Shown here: positions 40,651 to 52,836 of the stretch, in pieces
Layout of the letters: each line of letters begins with the position of its first letter
Numbering within the stretch: position 1 is the stretch's first letter
Source: Chrysomallon squamiferum
Lineage: Eukaryota > Animalia > Mollusca
DNA: 64,000 nucleotides
Direction of reading: 5' to 3'
Assembly (NCBI GenBank): GCA_012295275.1
Contig: CM022673.1
Coordinates: 23,622,001 to 23,686,000, forward strand
Made by a program: the position numbers and the translations under genes
Notes under the pieces: generated by a model
Seen by the model: the letters and a program-made list of their open reading frames with translations, nothing else
Databases searched by the model: none
Told to the model about the DNA's origin: nothing

Positions 40651-40964
40651 TCATAAATATGGCTGACAGAACTGGTAGACAAGACGTTTGGAATGCTCTG
40701 TCTTTTTGATGATGCCCTTTTTGTAATACTGCCTGATGGACCGACTCAGTTTGTCATAGTTCATGGCTGGCCGGTTCTTTCTCTTGCCCCACTCCTTGGC
40801 AACCCTAGACGAGTCCTCGATTTTGAAAATACCTTGAGACCGATCTATCCACTTGATGCAGTGACTGAACGACTGAGGGTCCAGAAGAAGCTCCTTCAAA
40901 AACTGCCACAGATGAATCGTCTGTTTTTGGTGGGAAAAGCTGTCATCTCTCCCGCGTGTTAAAG
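40651..40964 (-). CDS. SPDEF: SPDEF/Ets98B-like transcription factor, terminal exon with the ETS domain
   Basis: [72 protein letters not shown]...RLVYQF; [24 protein letters not shown] is characteristic of the PDEF subfamily; acceptor ttttgcag|. Confidence 0.95.
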
Positions 40965-41262
40965 CTGCAAAATGAAAACTGTCTTTTTAAATTCTGGTAA
41001 TAATTATATCAACTTGACATTCTTAATGTGTATTAATAAATATTCCTTTATTATCATTCTCGCTCTTGTGTATCTCATCACATTAAATATATCTTATAAA
41101 GTTACTTTTTGTTTATCAATTAACTGTTTGATTTTTTTTTTTTTTTATTATTATTATTTCACCTTTCAATCGTATCTTACAGATACATCATAATTAAGAT
41201 AACATTAACCCAGATAAAGCTGGATTAACCTGCAGATAATCAAAAATATTCGTGACACTTAC

Positions 41263-41412
41263 ATCTTGGCGAGGGGGTGCAAGGAGACATACTGTCACAG
41301 CTAGAAGTGGGGGAGGGTTGGGTGACTGGAGAGGGTGATCGACTGGGTTGAAGATTAAAAGAATCCGAGAAACGGCTATCCTCGTCCAGCTGTGTTTCAT
41401 TCAGTCTGCACA
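41263..41412 (-). CDS. SPDEF: SPDEF-like, Ser/Pro-rich linker exon
   Basis: Acceptor cttttcag|; VCRLNETQLDEDSRF...SPCTPSPR; donor T|gtaagt; phase 1-1. Confidence 0.8.
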
Positions 41413-41999
41413 CTGAAAAGTAAAACAGTTTACCTAGAACAACGTGCACTTTATATCCACACACAGATTATACACACAGACACATAAATATACACACATA
41501 CATTAAAAAGCACGTCAGTACGTTCATACAGCGACGCAGACATTCCTGCACGATGTTCGTGCGGTAACTTAAGAGTGCGTGTTAACTGTAGATGTTCTGT
41601 GATTGGTCTACGATTAACCAGTAAGACGTCGCATTGTTCATTGCTGTGTTCTAGGTGAAGGTCACTACTGAAGTAAACAGGAGTGTTTGCAAGATATTTA
41701 TCATTATCGTGTTTACACACACCAGCTCGCACACTCTGTTTATTACGCATAAACGATTTTTATTGTTTTACATTTGGTTTTTTATGACTCTATGTATTGA
41801 CATATTTTTTTCTTGGTTCGTTCGTGTCCCAGCTTATAATTCTTGTAAACGTACATTTATGACGTATTTCAGTTTATAAAGTCATTACTTTCTCATAATG
41901 AATAAATAAATAAATTAATAAATAAATAAGAAAAAACGTATTCGGACGACTAATATGCGTTGAGATAAAGAATAATCGGTATAAGAGGGGGGAACAAAA

Positions 42000-42033
<34 letters not shown>

Positions 42034-42035
42034 AC

Positions 42036-42233
42036 CGTTCTTCCACACTTCAAATTCACCAAACAGTTTCGAGCCTCCGTTTGGACATCTCCTTCGAAAG
42101 TCCTCCTCTGACATCTGACACAGCTCGACCCCTGACACGTGGAAAAGTTCAAAGTTCATATCTGTGATATTATGTTTGGAACATTTATATCTGATCCATT
42201 TATTAACATCTGTTCGCGTCCATTTCAGTGGGT
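42036..42233 (-). CDS. SPDEF: SPDEF-like, PNT/SAM domain exon
   Basis: DPLKWTRTDVNKWI...FHVSGVELCQMSEEDFRRRCPNGGSKLFGEFEVWK is a Pointed domain; tttcag| acceptor and G|gtaatt donor. Confidence 0.92.
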
Positions 42234-42249
42234 CTGAAAGAAACGATAA

Positions 42250-42455
42250 ACACAACAATTAAATATTTCTACTGCTACCAATACAACAACTACTATTATT
42301 ATTATGCTAGTATTACTATTACCTTTACTACTACCACAATCCCACCACCACCAATACTATGCTTACTATTTATAATAAAAGTAATAAAAATAAATAAATA
42401 AATAAATAAATAAGTAAAACGAACTCTTCAGCGGTACAGTAAGAGATTAACAGAG
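42250..42455. repeat. Inverted repeat arm A (partner at 47909-48126)
   Basis: ACACAACAATTAAATATTTCT...TATGCTAGTATTA...CAATACTATGCTTACTATTTATAATAAA...AAACGAACTC...TAAGAGATTAACAGA matches the reverse complement of 47909-48126. Confidence 0.9.
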
Positions 42456-42832
42456 ATAGGTGCCTGATAAGTAAATGTTATACTGAGGTGATATTTCCTC
42501 GAGTGGAATAAATTGATTTTCGCACGTCAGTGTAATTCAGTGATTTCATAAACACTGATATCATCAGACACTAAGTGTCAGCCGCTGTCACAGCCTGCGC
42601 GTGCAGTCACATAATGAACACGTGTTTATTTTACAATTCACTTATCTGCCATAATGTCATTTACACGATCAAATATTTCAAAACATTTCCAACAAAACAA
42701 ATATTAACCTAAAAGAAAGAGAGTTTCACAAAACAACGACTTTTTTTGTTATTATTATTATTATTGTTGTTGTTTTTATTATTATTATTAATATTTTGTT
42801 ATTTTTTATTATAATATAATATATTACATTAC

Positions 42833-42872
<40 letters not shown>

Positions 42873-43186
42873 TGGAATGAATCAAAATAACGTTTGACTT
42901 AATTTACATATAACTTCTTTTAATAAAATCTGAACTTCCAACATATGTCTAATTTAATACTGGTTTATATTGTTTAGATTTAATGATAATGTAATTTAAT
43001 TTAGTTTTAATTTATTATCAAATAGTAATTTAATTAACGAGTAGATTTTAATTTAGTTTTTCTGCATTACACACTGATTACGTTAACAGACAACTTCTTG
43101 CATTTAAAATAAACTTTGTCAATAAACGTATTTATTTAATGCGATGTTTGATTTATGAATATTTCTGCTTTCGAGACAAAACTCAC

Positions 43187-43565
43187 CACAGCTAATTTGA
43201 AGACACGCGCAGTCCGTGGAAATCTCTTTGTTCAACTGGTGTATGAGTTGTGACGTCACATTTTTCCAGTTCTCGTCTTCCAGTATTTGCTGACTGTCTA
43301 TAGTGAAACTTTCAAGTTTACCGCAGTCCATAATTCCCTCCTCGTACAGTGTGACGTCACAGCTCGACTGGTCGAGATCCAGTAAGTTTGAGTTTTCCGC
43401 GTTTTCAACTCTTTGATCTGTTACCTTGGTAACCACCGTACATCCGGCGCTGGGGGCAAACAACGGTGTGTTGCTGAAATCCTCCATCATGTCGTCCACT
43501 GAAACACTCTGATAGTCTTCCATCACCAGAGACCTGCCCAGTGAACCATTCACCATTGTTTGAAC
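43187..43565 (-). CDS. SPDEF: SPDEF-like, N-terminal acidic exon leading into the PNT domain
   Basis: VQTMVNGSLG...LNKEISTDCACLQISC, then G|gtgagt; 379 nt, phase 0-1. Confidence 0.85.
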
Positions 43566-44263
43566 CTGAAACATTGACCTTATGTCTTAACTGTAAATAT
43601 ACACATACATACACTACACACACAGACACACATATATACATACACACACAGAAACACAAACATACATACATACACACACAGACACACAAACATACATACA
43701 TATATACATATACTACATACATACATACATATATACTACATACATACACACATACATACATAGAAAAATATATATATACACACACAGACACACAATCATA
43801 CATATATACACACAGACACACAAACATACATACATATATACTACATACATACACACATACATATATATAATAGTACATATACACACATACATACATACAT
43901 ACATACATATATACTACATACATACACATACATACAAACACAAATACAGACATACGAACACACACATATATACGTACATAACCTACATAGATACATACAT
44001 ACATCTATACATGTTTACACAAAAACAAAAATGCATTTAAGGAATATGAAAAAAAAAACCCCACAATCCCCCCTAAAAAGAACCTAATTCTTTCTCTAAC
44101 TTAAAAAACAACAAAAAAGAACTTTATGATCAGTGTCAGAAATATACTCTATTCATTCATCCATCCATCTATCCATCTTATCGTTTTCGTAAATGTGTGC
44201 GTGCGCGTGTATATGTATATATGTGTGTATGCATGCATGTATGTATGTATGTATGTATGTATG

Positions 44264-44328
<65 letters not shown>

Positions 44329-44447
44329 GTATATAAACTATTCTCTGCATGTTCTTTAAGATGTCCAAAAATAATGAAATTGATTAATTGTGAATTATTT
44401 TAAAGTTAATATTTTCTACAAAGTGGACTAAGTTGATAAATACTCAC

Positions 44448-44536
44448 TTTGAGCTCGTTGTCAAACAGCATGCTGATTTCTTCTCCCGACTCCAACTTTT
44501 CACGTAAATTCAAATACTGCTGAATGACTTCAAAAT
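44448..44536 (-). CDS. SPDEF: SPDEF-like, coding exon 2
   Basis: Acceptor ttttgcag|; (D)FEVIQQYLNLREKLESGEEISMLFDNELK; donor AAA|gtgagt (phase 0). Confidence 0.65.
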
Positions 44537-44707
44537 CTGCAAAAACAATTTGTCACACGGAATTTTTCAAAAAGTTTGAAATATTCGCAATTCACAATGA
44601 TTATTTTTGCAAAGTAAATAAATAAATAAATAAATAAAAACATTATTTTAAAATTATCTTTGGACGGTGGTTTCCCCACCAGATAAAACATGAATTATCT
44701 CCCATAC

Positions 44708-44717
44708 CTGTAGACAT
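44708..44717 (-). CDS. SPDEF: SPDEF-like, putative first coding micro-exon (ATG TCT ACA G)
   Basis: ATGTCTACAG|gtatgg lies just downstream of the TATA/Inr; phase 1 matches exon 2. The six exons sum to 1140 nt = 379 aa + stop. Confidence 0.5.
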
Positions 44718-44729
44718 CGCGTGCTGCTT

Positions 44730-44990
44730 GCACTGAGTGAATGAAGTCACGTGTGTTATGTTTATAAACCACTCATTTCAATTTCCACGAAATGAGACAT
44801 GACCTTTCACCGTTTACGCGAAACGGTTAAGCGTCTCAGCCAATCAAAACCGGTCTGGCCGCCTGTTCTATTTTTATTGTTTTGTAGAATCCCCCTCGCG
44901 TAATTATCACGCTTTGATTGGCCAAACGAGTACTGACGTCACACATGTGTGTAAAATAATAATTGTGCCCCGGAGCGAGGGGCGGAAAAG
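44730..44990 (-). promoter_or_regulatory. SPDEF proximal promoter
   Basis: TATAAA (44766-44761) is 32 nt upstream of a TCAGT Inr (A at 44734); CCAAT boxes at 44840 and 44916-44921; CRE TGACGTCA at 44934-44941; GC box GGGGCGGA at 44979-44986. Confidence 0.65.
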
Positions 44991-45961
44991 CATGCAACTT
45001 GACCAAAGTATTTTATTTTGTTGTACACATCAGCTGTTGCCCAACGCGCCACTTATTTACATATTTCAGTTGTGTTGTGTTGTATGCTTTGTATTTGTTC
45101 ATCAAGTAACATGATAAATTAAACTTGGTTTTATTTTTAAAAACGAAAGGATAGTCCTTTAACGTTCTACACTACCAACATCATTTACTTATTTTTATTT
45201 GTTTGTTTGTTTGTTTGTTTGTTTGTTTGTTTGTTTGTTTGTTTGTTTGTTTGTTTAATTCACTAAATGATAACACGCAGGGTCAGACGCGATGTCGCAA
45301 TACTAAGTTGTTTACGTCGTCGTTGTATCACTCGGTGCAAGTCTGCTCTGACTCAGTTCCCAGGATGCATTGCGCAATGTGAAAACTGACCTAGAAAACC
45401 CGGGTCAAGTCATTATAATATTCAGTTTTTATGTGTGCATGTACAAATGTAATATTTTCTAAAGCGTATAAAGTTGCAGTGCGAACGGAACTATTTAGAG
45501 GTTTCAACACCGCTAGCTATAAAAAGAGTTTTTGATTAAAGTAATTATTTCGCAATACGAATTGAAACAAATTTGAAATAGAAACGTCGTTTACAATGGA
45601 TTCCGTTCTGCTTTTTATCACTGATTCCGCCGTTCATACACAAATGTCACTTTAAACTCTTTAAACTCTTTGTCACTTTAAACTCTATTACAAGCTTTAA
45701 CCACAATTTTAATCACTATTACCACTGACTTCTACATTAATATCACTGTTTTAACAATTATTACCACTGTTTAAATCAGTATTGCCGTTATTTAAATCAC
45801 GGACACCACATTTTTAACTACATATTACCACTGATTTGACTATTAGTACCACTGATTTGACTATTATTACCAGTTTCATTCAACTATAAATTTCACCACT
45901 ATTACCAGTTTTGAATATTTTTATACTGATTTCATTACTCATATGACTATTTTTATCAGTC

Positions 45962-46002
<41 letters not shown>

Positions 46003-46562
46003 TTTTTGATGTTGTTGCTATTGTTGTTATTAGTGTTATTATTGTTGTTGTTGTTATTGTTATTATTATTATGTTTTTAATGACAGCAGTAGTTTTAATT
46101 ATTGATGTCTTTTATTTCTTTTTTTCGCAACTGTCCACAAACATTTAAAACAAAATATTTTTTAGCCTTGTTACGCCAGTTAGTTCTCGATTATCTGAAA
46201 TATTTGTGGTGAGTAAATTCCTGAGACGTAATAAATTCAGTTAGTTTTATTTATTTATTTTTTTAATCTTTTGTTTAAAATGAAATTTAAACCTAATAGC
46301 AAAACGACAAATTAAAAGTTAAAAAGATAAAAAATAGACATCATTACTACATAGTTTGTATTATCACAGTATAATGTGTATTATCGTTGTTCAATGTTTC
46401 ACTGTACAGAAGATAAAAGACTCGCAGTTTAAAAATAAGAGAAATCTTCACTCATTAAAATATAGTTTTGTCTATGTTCACATTCAGGTCAGATAATATA
46501 TATATATTTATTATGATTGTTTTATTATTGTTGTTGTTGTTATTATTATGATTATTATTATG

Positions 46563-46600
<38 letters not shown>

Positions 46601-46734
46601 GATTACTGTCTAATTATTATTGGCGTTGTTATATGTAATTAAAAAGGCTGTTAATTATTTTATGTCTCTTACGAAACAAAAAAATATTACTTAACATAGA
46701 AGATAGGTAATAGCGTACATTTTTATTATTGAAA

Positions 46735-47040
46735 TAATTAACTGAATAAACACACTGAAAAATGAAACAGAATAAACATTTTTAAAAACAAAATAAATAA
46801 ACATTTTGAAAAACTAATTAAGTAAACATTTAAAAAAAAATTTAAATAAGCATTTTGAAACATAAAATAAAATAAATGTTTTGAAAATTATAATAAAAGA
46901 AACATTTTGAACTATTAAAATTAAATAAACTTTTTAAAAACAAAATTAAAGAAACATTTTGAATAATACAATTACATAAACATTTTAAAAACCAAAATTA
47001 AATAACGTTTAAGAAAATAAATAAATCAATAAACATAGAA
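46735..47040. repeat. Degenerate ~26-bp A-rich minisatellite (AAAATTAAATAAACATTTTGAAAAAC)
   Basis: Recurring AATAAACATTTT. Confidence 0.8.
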
Positions 47041-47072
47041 AAAACAAAATTGCAGGTAAATATTGTGACAAG

Positions 47073-47115
<43 letters not shown>

Positions 47116-47908
47116 AAAAAAGAAGAAGAAGAAAAAAAAAAGAAAGAGAAATGAGTTGTACGTAAATAATCAAATGTTCTGTTCGTGACTAAGAAAAAAT
47201 AATGCCGGATATTTCATTCATAAGTAATTTACTGTTTAAATACACTGAATATATTATTGAAAAGTGAATATACTGTTTATATAAATAAATAAATAAATAA
47301 ATAAATAAATTTATTAATTAATAAAATTAGTTAACTAAATAAATAAAAACAACAACATCAGACAAACAGGAAATTAAAATAAACAAGTAAACAAATAAAC
47401 AACTGAATTATCAATCAAATAAATAACAAACAAACAAATAAATAAATAAATAAATTAATTAATTAATCAGCTAACTAACAAATATAAAAAACAAATACAT
47501 AAATAGCGGTAATAAAAATAAAAGATAATTATTTTTGTGTGTTTAGACTCGAAGGTAAAACTTCATTTACGTCATTACATTATTTACACAAATTAAATAG
47601 TTCTCTAAAAATAGTTTAAAAATGAAACTAATAAGTTTTATATTTAAAATTATGTTGCAGCATAATTTATGTTGTATGTATAATATTTTACTACCCTCAG
47701 ACTGATTTTAATATAAAATAACAGTTTTATAATAAAGTATTTTCTCCGTATACACATCATTGAATAATTTGTGTTTTGTGACAAATTCATATACAAATCT
47801 CGTCATTTCCTTTGATTTTATTTGTTAGTTGAGCTCTTTCTTTCTTTCTTTCTTTCTTTTTTTTTTTTTTTAATGAAATTAAATTGCACAAGATCAGCCG
47901 TAAAAAAT

Positions 47909-47950
47909 ATCTGTTAATCTCTTATTGTTCCGCAGTGGAGTTCGTTTCAT

Positions 47951-47997
<47 letters not shown>

Positions 47998-48126
47998 TTA
48001 TAAATAGTAAGCATAGTATTGTGGTGGTGGTTGTGGTAGTAAAGGTAGTAGTAACAATAATACTAGCATAATAATAATAATAGTAGTAGTACTTGTAGTA
48101 GCAACAGAAATATTTAATTGTTGTGT
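47909..48126. repeat. Inverted repeat arm B (partner at 42250-42455)
   Basis: TCTGTTAATCTCTTA...GAGTTCGTTT...TTATAAATAGTAAGCATAGTATTG...TAATACTAGCATAAT...AGAAATATTTAATTGTTGTGT. Confidence 0.9.
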
Positions 48127-48149
48127 GTAAGGCGTCAATTTTTTATTAT

Positions 48150-48790
48150 TTAAATAATTAACTGAATAAATATTTTGAAAAACATTTTAAAAAACAAAAC
48201 TGAATAAACATTTTGAAAAACAAAATTAAATAACTGTTTTAAAATACAAATTAAATAACTGTTTTAAAATACAAATTAAATAAACGTTTTAAATAACAAA
48301 AATAAACATTTTGAAAAACAAAATTAAATAAACATTTAAAAAACAAAATTGAATAAACATTTTGAAAAACAAAATTAAATAAACATTTATAAAACAAAAT
48401 TGAATAAACATTTTGAAAAACAAAATTAAATAAACATTTAAAAAACAAAACTAAATAAACATCAAGAAAAAACAATAAAATAAAATATTTAAAAAACCTA
48501 CCAAATGTATTTGGAAACAAAAATAAAAATAAAAATAAAAATAAATAATAATAATAATAAAACAAACAAAAATAAACATTTTGAAAAACAAAATTAAATA
48601 AACATATAAAAAACAAAATTGAATAAACATTTTGAAAAACAAAATTAAATAAACATTTATAAAACAAAATTGAATAAACATTTTGAAAAACAAAATTAAA
48701 TAAACATTTAAAAAAAAAAAACTAAATAAACATCAAGAAAAAAAATTTAAAAAAATATTTTAAAAAACCCACCAAATGTATTTGGAAAAA
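48150..48790. repeat. ~26-bp A-rich minisatellite of the same family as 46735-47040, with a ~270-bp block duplication
   Basis: Recurring AAAATT(A/G)AATAAACATTT; the CTAAATAAACATCAAG...CCAAATGTATTTGGAAA block occurs at ~48450 and ~48720. Confidence 0.9.
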
Positions 48791-48844
48791 AAAAAAAAAA
48801 AAAAAAAAAAATTATAATAATAACAATGACAGTATCAACAAACT

Positions 48845-48923
<79 letters not shown>

Positions 48924-49023
48924 TGATGATGATGATGATGAATAATAATAATAATAATAAAAAAATAATAAAATGTTTGTTAAAAATATTTATTTTTTCG
49001 TTCTCTTAATATAATGTTTAAAA

Positions 49024-49059
<36 letters not shown>

Positions 49060-49434
49060 AATAATAAGAAGAATAAGAATAAGAATAAGAATAATAATGA
49101 TAATAATAATGAAGACTACTTACAGTGAAGAGTTTTGGCAGCAAGCTGTATTTTCCTAGAACTACACTTCTTTCTTCCTGCTTGTAACCGCACCTTTATT
49201 TGTATCTTACTGTTCCCGGACTTCAGAACACCTCAGCTCCACCTTTTTTAAATTTATTATTGTATAAAGAATTTGTCTAAATTTAATACAAGTTCTTCTT
49301 CTTCTTCTTCTTCTTCTTCTTATTATTATTATTATTACCATTACCATTATTATTTTAAACATTATATTAAGAGAATGAAAAAAATAAAGATTTTTTAATT
49401 TTGTTTATTTGTATTATTATTGTTATTATTATTA

Positions 49435-49479
<45 letters not shown>

Positions 49480-49678
49480 TTAAACATTATATTAAGAGAA
49501 CGATGACATTTTTATTTTTTTTTTTTTTTTATTATTATTTTTTTTTAATGAAGCATACGTAGTTTGTATGTGTAGATTCGTGTTAAGAAACCAACGAAAT
49601 TTGAAAGGAGTAATAGTAATAGAAGTAGTAGTAGTAGTAGTATTAATATTGGTAGTAGTAGTAGTAGTAGTAGTAGTA

Positions 49679-49728
<50 letters not shown>

Positions 49729-50474
49729 GATGATGATGATAATGACGATGATATGTAAAAAGAAACAAACTAATATTGCTTCGCTATTAAATTCCACTAT
49801 TATGATTTTGTGTTTATTAATATAAACATTTTATTTTCTACAGTATGTAACTGATTTCTTATTAAGAGTTATTGTAAAATTTATTGTAAAACTGGACTGT
49901 AAATAATAAAACTTATTTATTGTAAAACCATGTTGCAAAATTTTATTGTAAAACAGATTTTTTATTTATTTTATTTTTTTTACATTTCTCATTTGTGTTA
50001 AAAATGTTATTTCATAAATTAATTATAAAATAGCATTGAAAACTCACTGTAAATTTATATTTCAAAACTGTTTTGAAAAATGATGTTATAAGTTGCAATT
50101 TTTAAAATTGCAGTTGTTAAAAATAAAAAACAGACAGTATTACAAATATGTATTATATCTATTACACCTATTATGAAACATTATTCAGAAATTCAGATTT
50201 CTGACGAAATTTTTACCAAGATTATTAGTGTCTACCTATATATATCTATTTCTAAATCATGCGTGGTGAAATGTAAATATATAGCCTTGACCAAATTATT
50301 GAGGCGGAACTGTATATTCTAGCATGACTGATGAAAGAGTTTTATTGCACACGTTAAATATGTTTGTTAAATTAAATGAAAGCCATAGATTTTGTGACAT
50401 GATTAAACATGAAACATTTCTTATCTGAAAATATCTAATAACTATGATTAATCTACTCACTTTATGAGCTTTAC

Positions 50475-50539
<65 letters not shown>

Positions 50540-50679
50540 GACACACACACACACATATATATACACGCATACACGCACAGTATCAGCATGCATATTAAAT
50601 GTATTTTGATATTTAGAAGTCTTCAGCTTTGATGCGTTTGTCTTCTTCTGAGTACCCACATCTCGTCCTAACCAGATTT

Positions 50680-50905
50680 ATCAAACTGTTTGTTTATCAA
50701 TCTACTGTTTGTTTCTAAAATCTACTCCCAGTTTATCCAACCTACTGTTTATCACATCATCTACAATTTCTTTAACAAGCTACTATTTGTTTATTAAACC
50801 TACTATTTGTTTATCAAACCTACTATTTGTTAGACAAATTTAACAATCTACTATATGCTTATTAAATCTACTCCCTGTTAATCAAACCTACTATTTGTTT
50901 ATCAG
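50680..50905. repeat. ~20-bp degenerate minisatellite (CCTACTATTTGTTTATCAAA)
   Basis: Period 20 (50799, 50819). Confidence 0.8.
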
Positions 50906-51444
50906 TCAGTGTTAATTATTTTCCTGCTTACGTAAACGTGTATGTAAAAAGTCCTCTAGAGGAAGAAAAGTGTAACCCGTGTGTTTGAAGACATATACAA
51001 ATATTTCTTTTGTGTTCTCTATCTAATCTCACAGCACACTCACTATCTCACAGCGCACCCTATCTCACTGACCCGCGTTGTTGTTGACTGAACAAAAGAA
51101 TGAGGTTAACGGTTTTTGTTTCCGGGGTCAGCAATTCTTAGGCTCTACGATTTTCCACGAATCGAGAAACTGCATAGGGGAATCCCCTTTACCGGTGTAG
51201 CGAATAGTTTCTTTTAGGTGTACATTACCCCTCCTTAATTCCACACCTCCGATACATTTCAAATACAGATGTTTCCTCTGCAAGTTCGCACGTACGACTA
51301 CATGTATGTAGTATGTATGATTGTATGTGTGTATGTCTGTATGTGTAAATATTTGTATGTATGTATGTATATATATATATATATATGCATATGTATATAT
51401 ATATATATATATATATGTTTGTATGTATGTATATACATACATAC

Positions 51445-51493
<49 letters not shown>

Positions 51494-51892
51494 CTTTGTA
51501 TGTATGTAAGTATGTATGTATTTGTTGTGAAGATAAGAAAGTGTGTGAACACTGAACGGACACAAACTCAAAGATTTATTTTACTTCCTCGTGTTTCAGA
51601 CAAGTCAAGATGTTTCTAGTCAGAGAGAAAATATGTGAAACACGCAACGTGAATCACAGATGTTAAAATAATCACCATGACCACGTCATCATATTCATCA
51701 CGTTATGTGATACTGTAACGAATGAATATTAACAATACTATTTTATTATCTTAACAACAAATATCAAGATATTATTACACATTTTATATAATGAATACAT
51801 ACATACAGACATAGATACATACATACATACATACATACATACATAAATGCATACACAACTATATACATATATATATATATAAAAATACATAC

Positions 51893-51929
<37 letters not shown>

Positions 51930-52779
51930 TATATAAATACATGCACACATATATACATATACATACACACATAATGCAAATACACATGCATAGACAAACA
52001 TATATACAACCTACATACTCAAACATACAAACGTTAAGGGAGACATATATTTTTGCATGTATGTGTGTATGTATATAAATATAAATACAAATAAATAAAT
52101 TAATAAATATATATATATACACACACACACACATATATGTACACATACACACATATATACATGTATGTGTATGTCGTCTATTTATATATATATGTGCATG
52201 TATCTGTGTATATTTAAGTGTGTTTCTATGTGTATATGTATCTGTATAGTCAGTATATATATATTGTTTTTTGGATTGCGAGAAACATATAGTTGTTGAG
52301 AGGTATAAACATCTTGCACTACAAATGAAAACGAACCCCTCCCAAAAATAAAAAACAAACCAAAAAAAACCTGAAAAAAAAGAAAAGAAAACAAACAAGT
52401 AATTAAATATCTCTTGTTTTTGATTTATAGTGTGATTTGTTAAATAACGTGAAGAGAGATAATTTAGAAAGTGATTGTTGATTATCATATTTATTTGATG
52501 TCAGATGGACGCGGATAAAGTTTCACTTCATCACAGATGACGCTGGTATTAACTCCTCTCTGAAAGCAGCTGTGTTCAGCAGACAGATACATGTATATAT
52601 CACTCTTGCCAGCCTGCACGTGCATGCACAAACACAACAGTTTTAATGAGATTGTTGTTTTAAATTTAGGCGTGATTTAATATTCCACTGCAGACTATGT
52701 TTTGTTGTCGTTGTATACAAATATGTCTTGAAGGTTTTAAAAACGACCGCGTTCATACATACATATACTAGCTCACACA

Positions 52780-52836
<57 letters not shown>

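Noticed and set aside
41225-41262. Alternative downstream donor (CAG|gttaat) for the SPDEF linker exon
   Set aside because: An in-frame TGA at 41240-41242 precedes it; the donor at 41262 preserves frame with the ETS exon.
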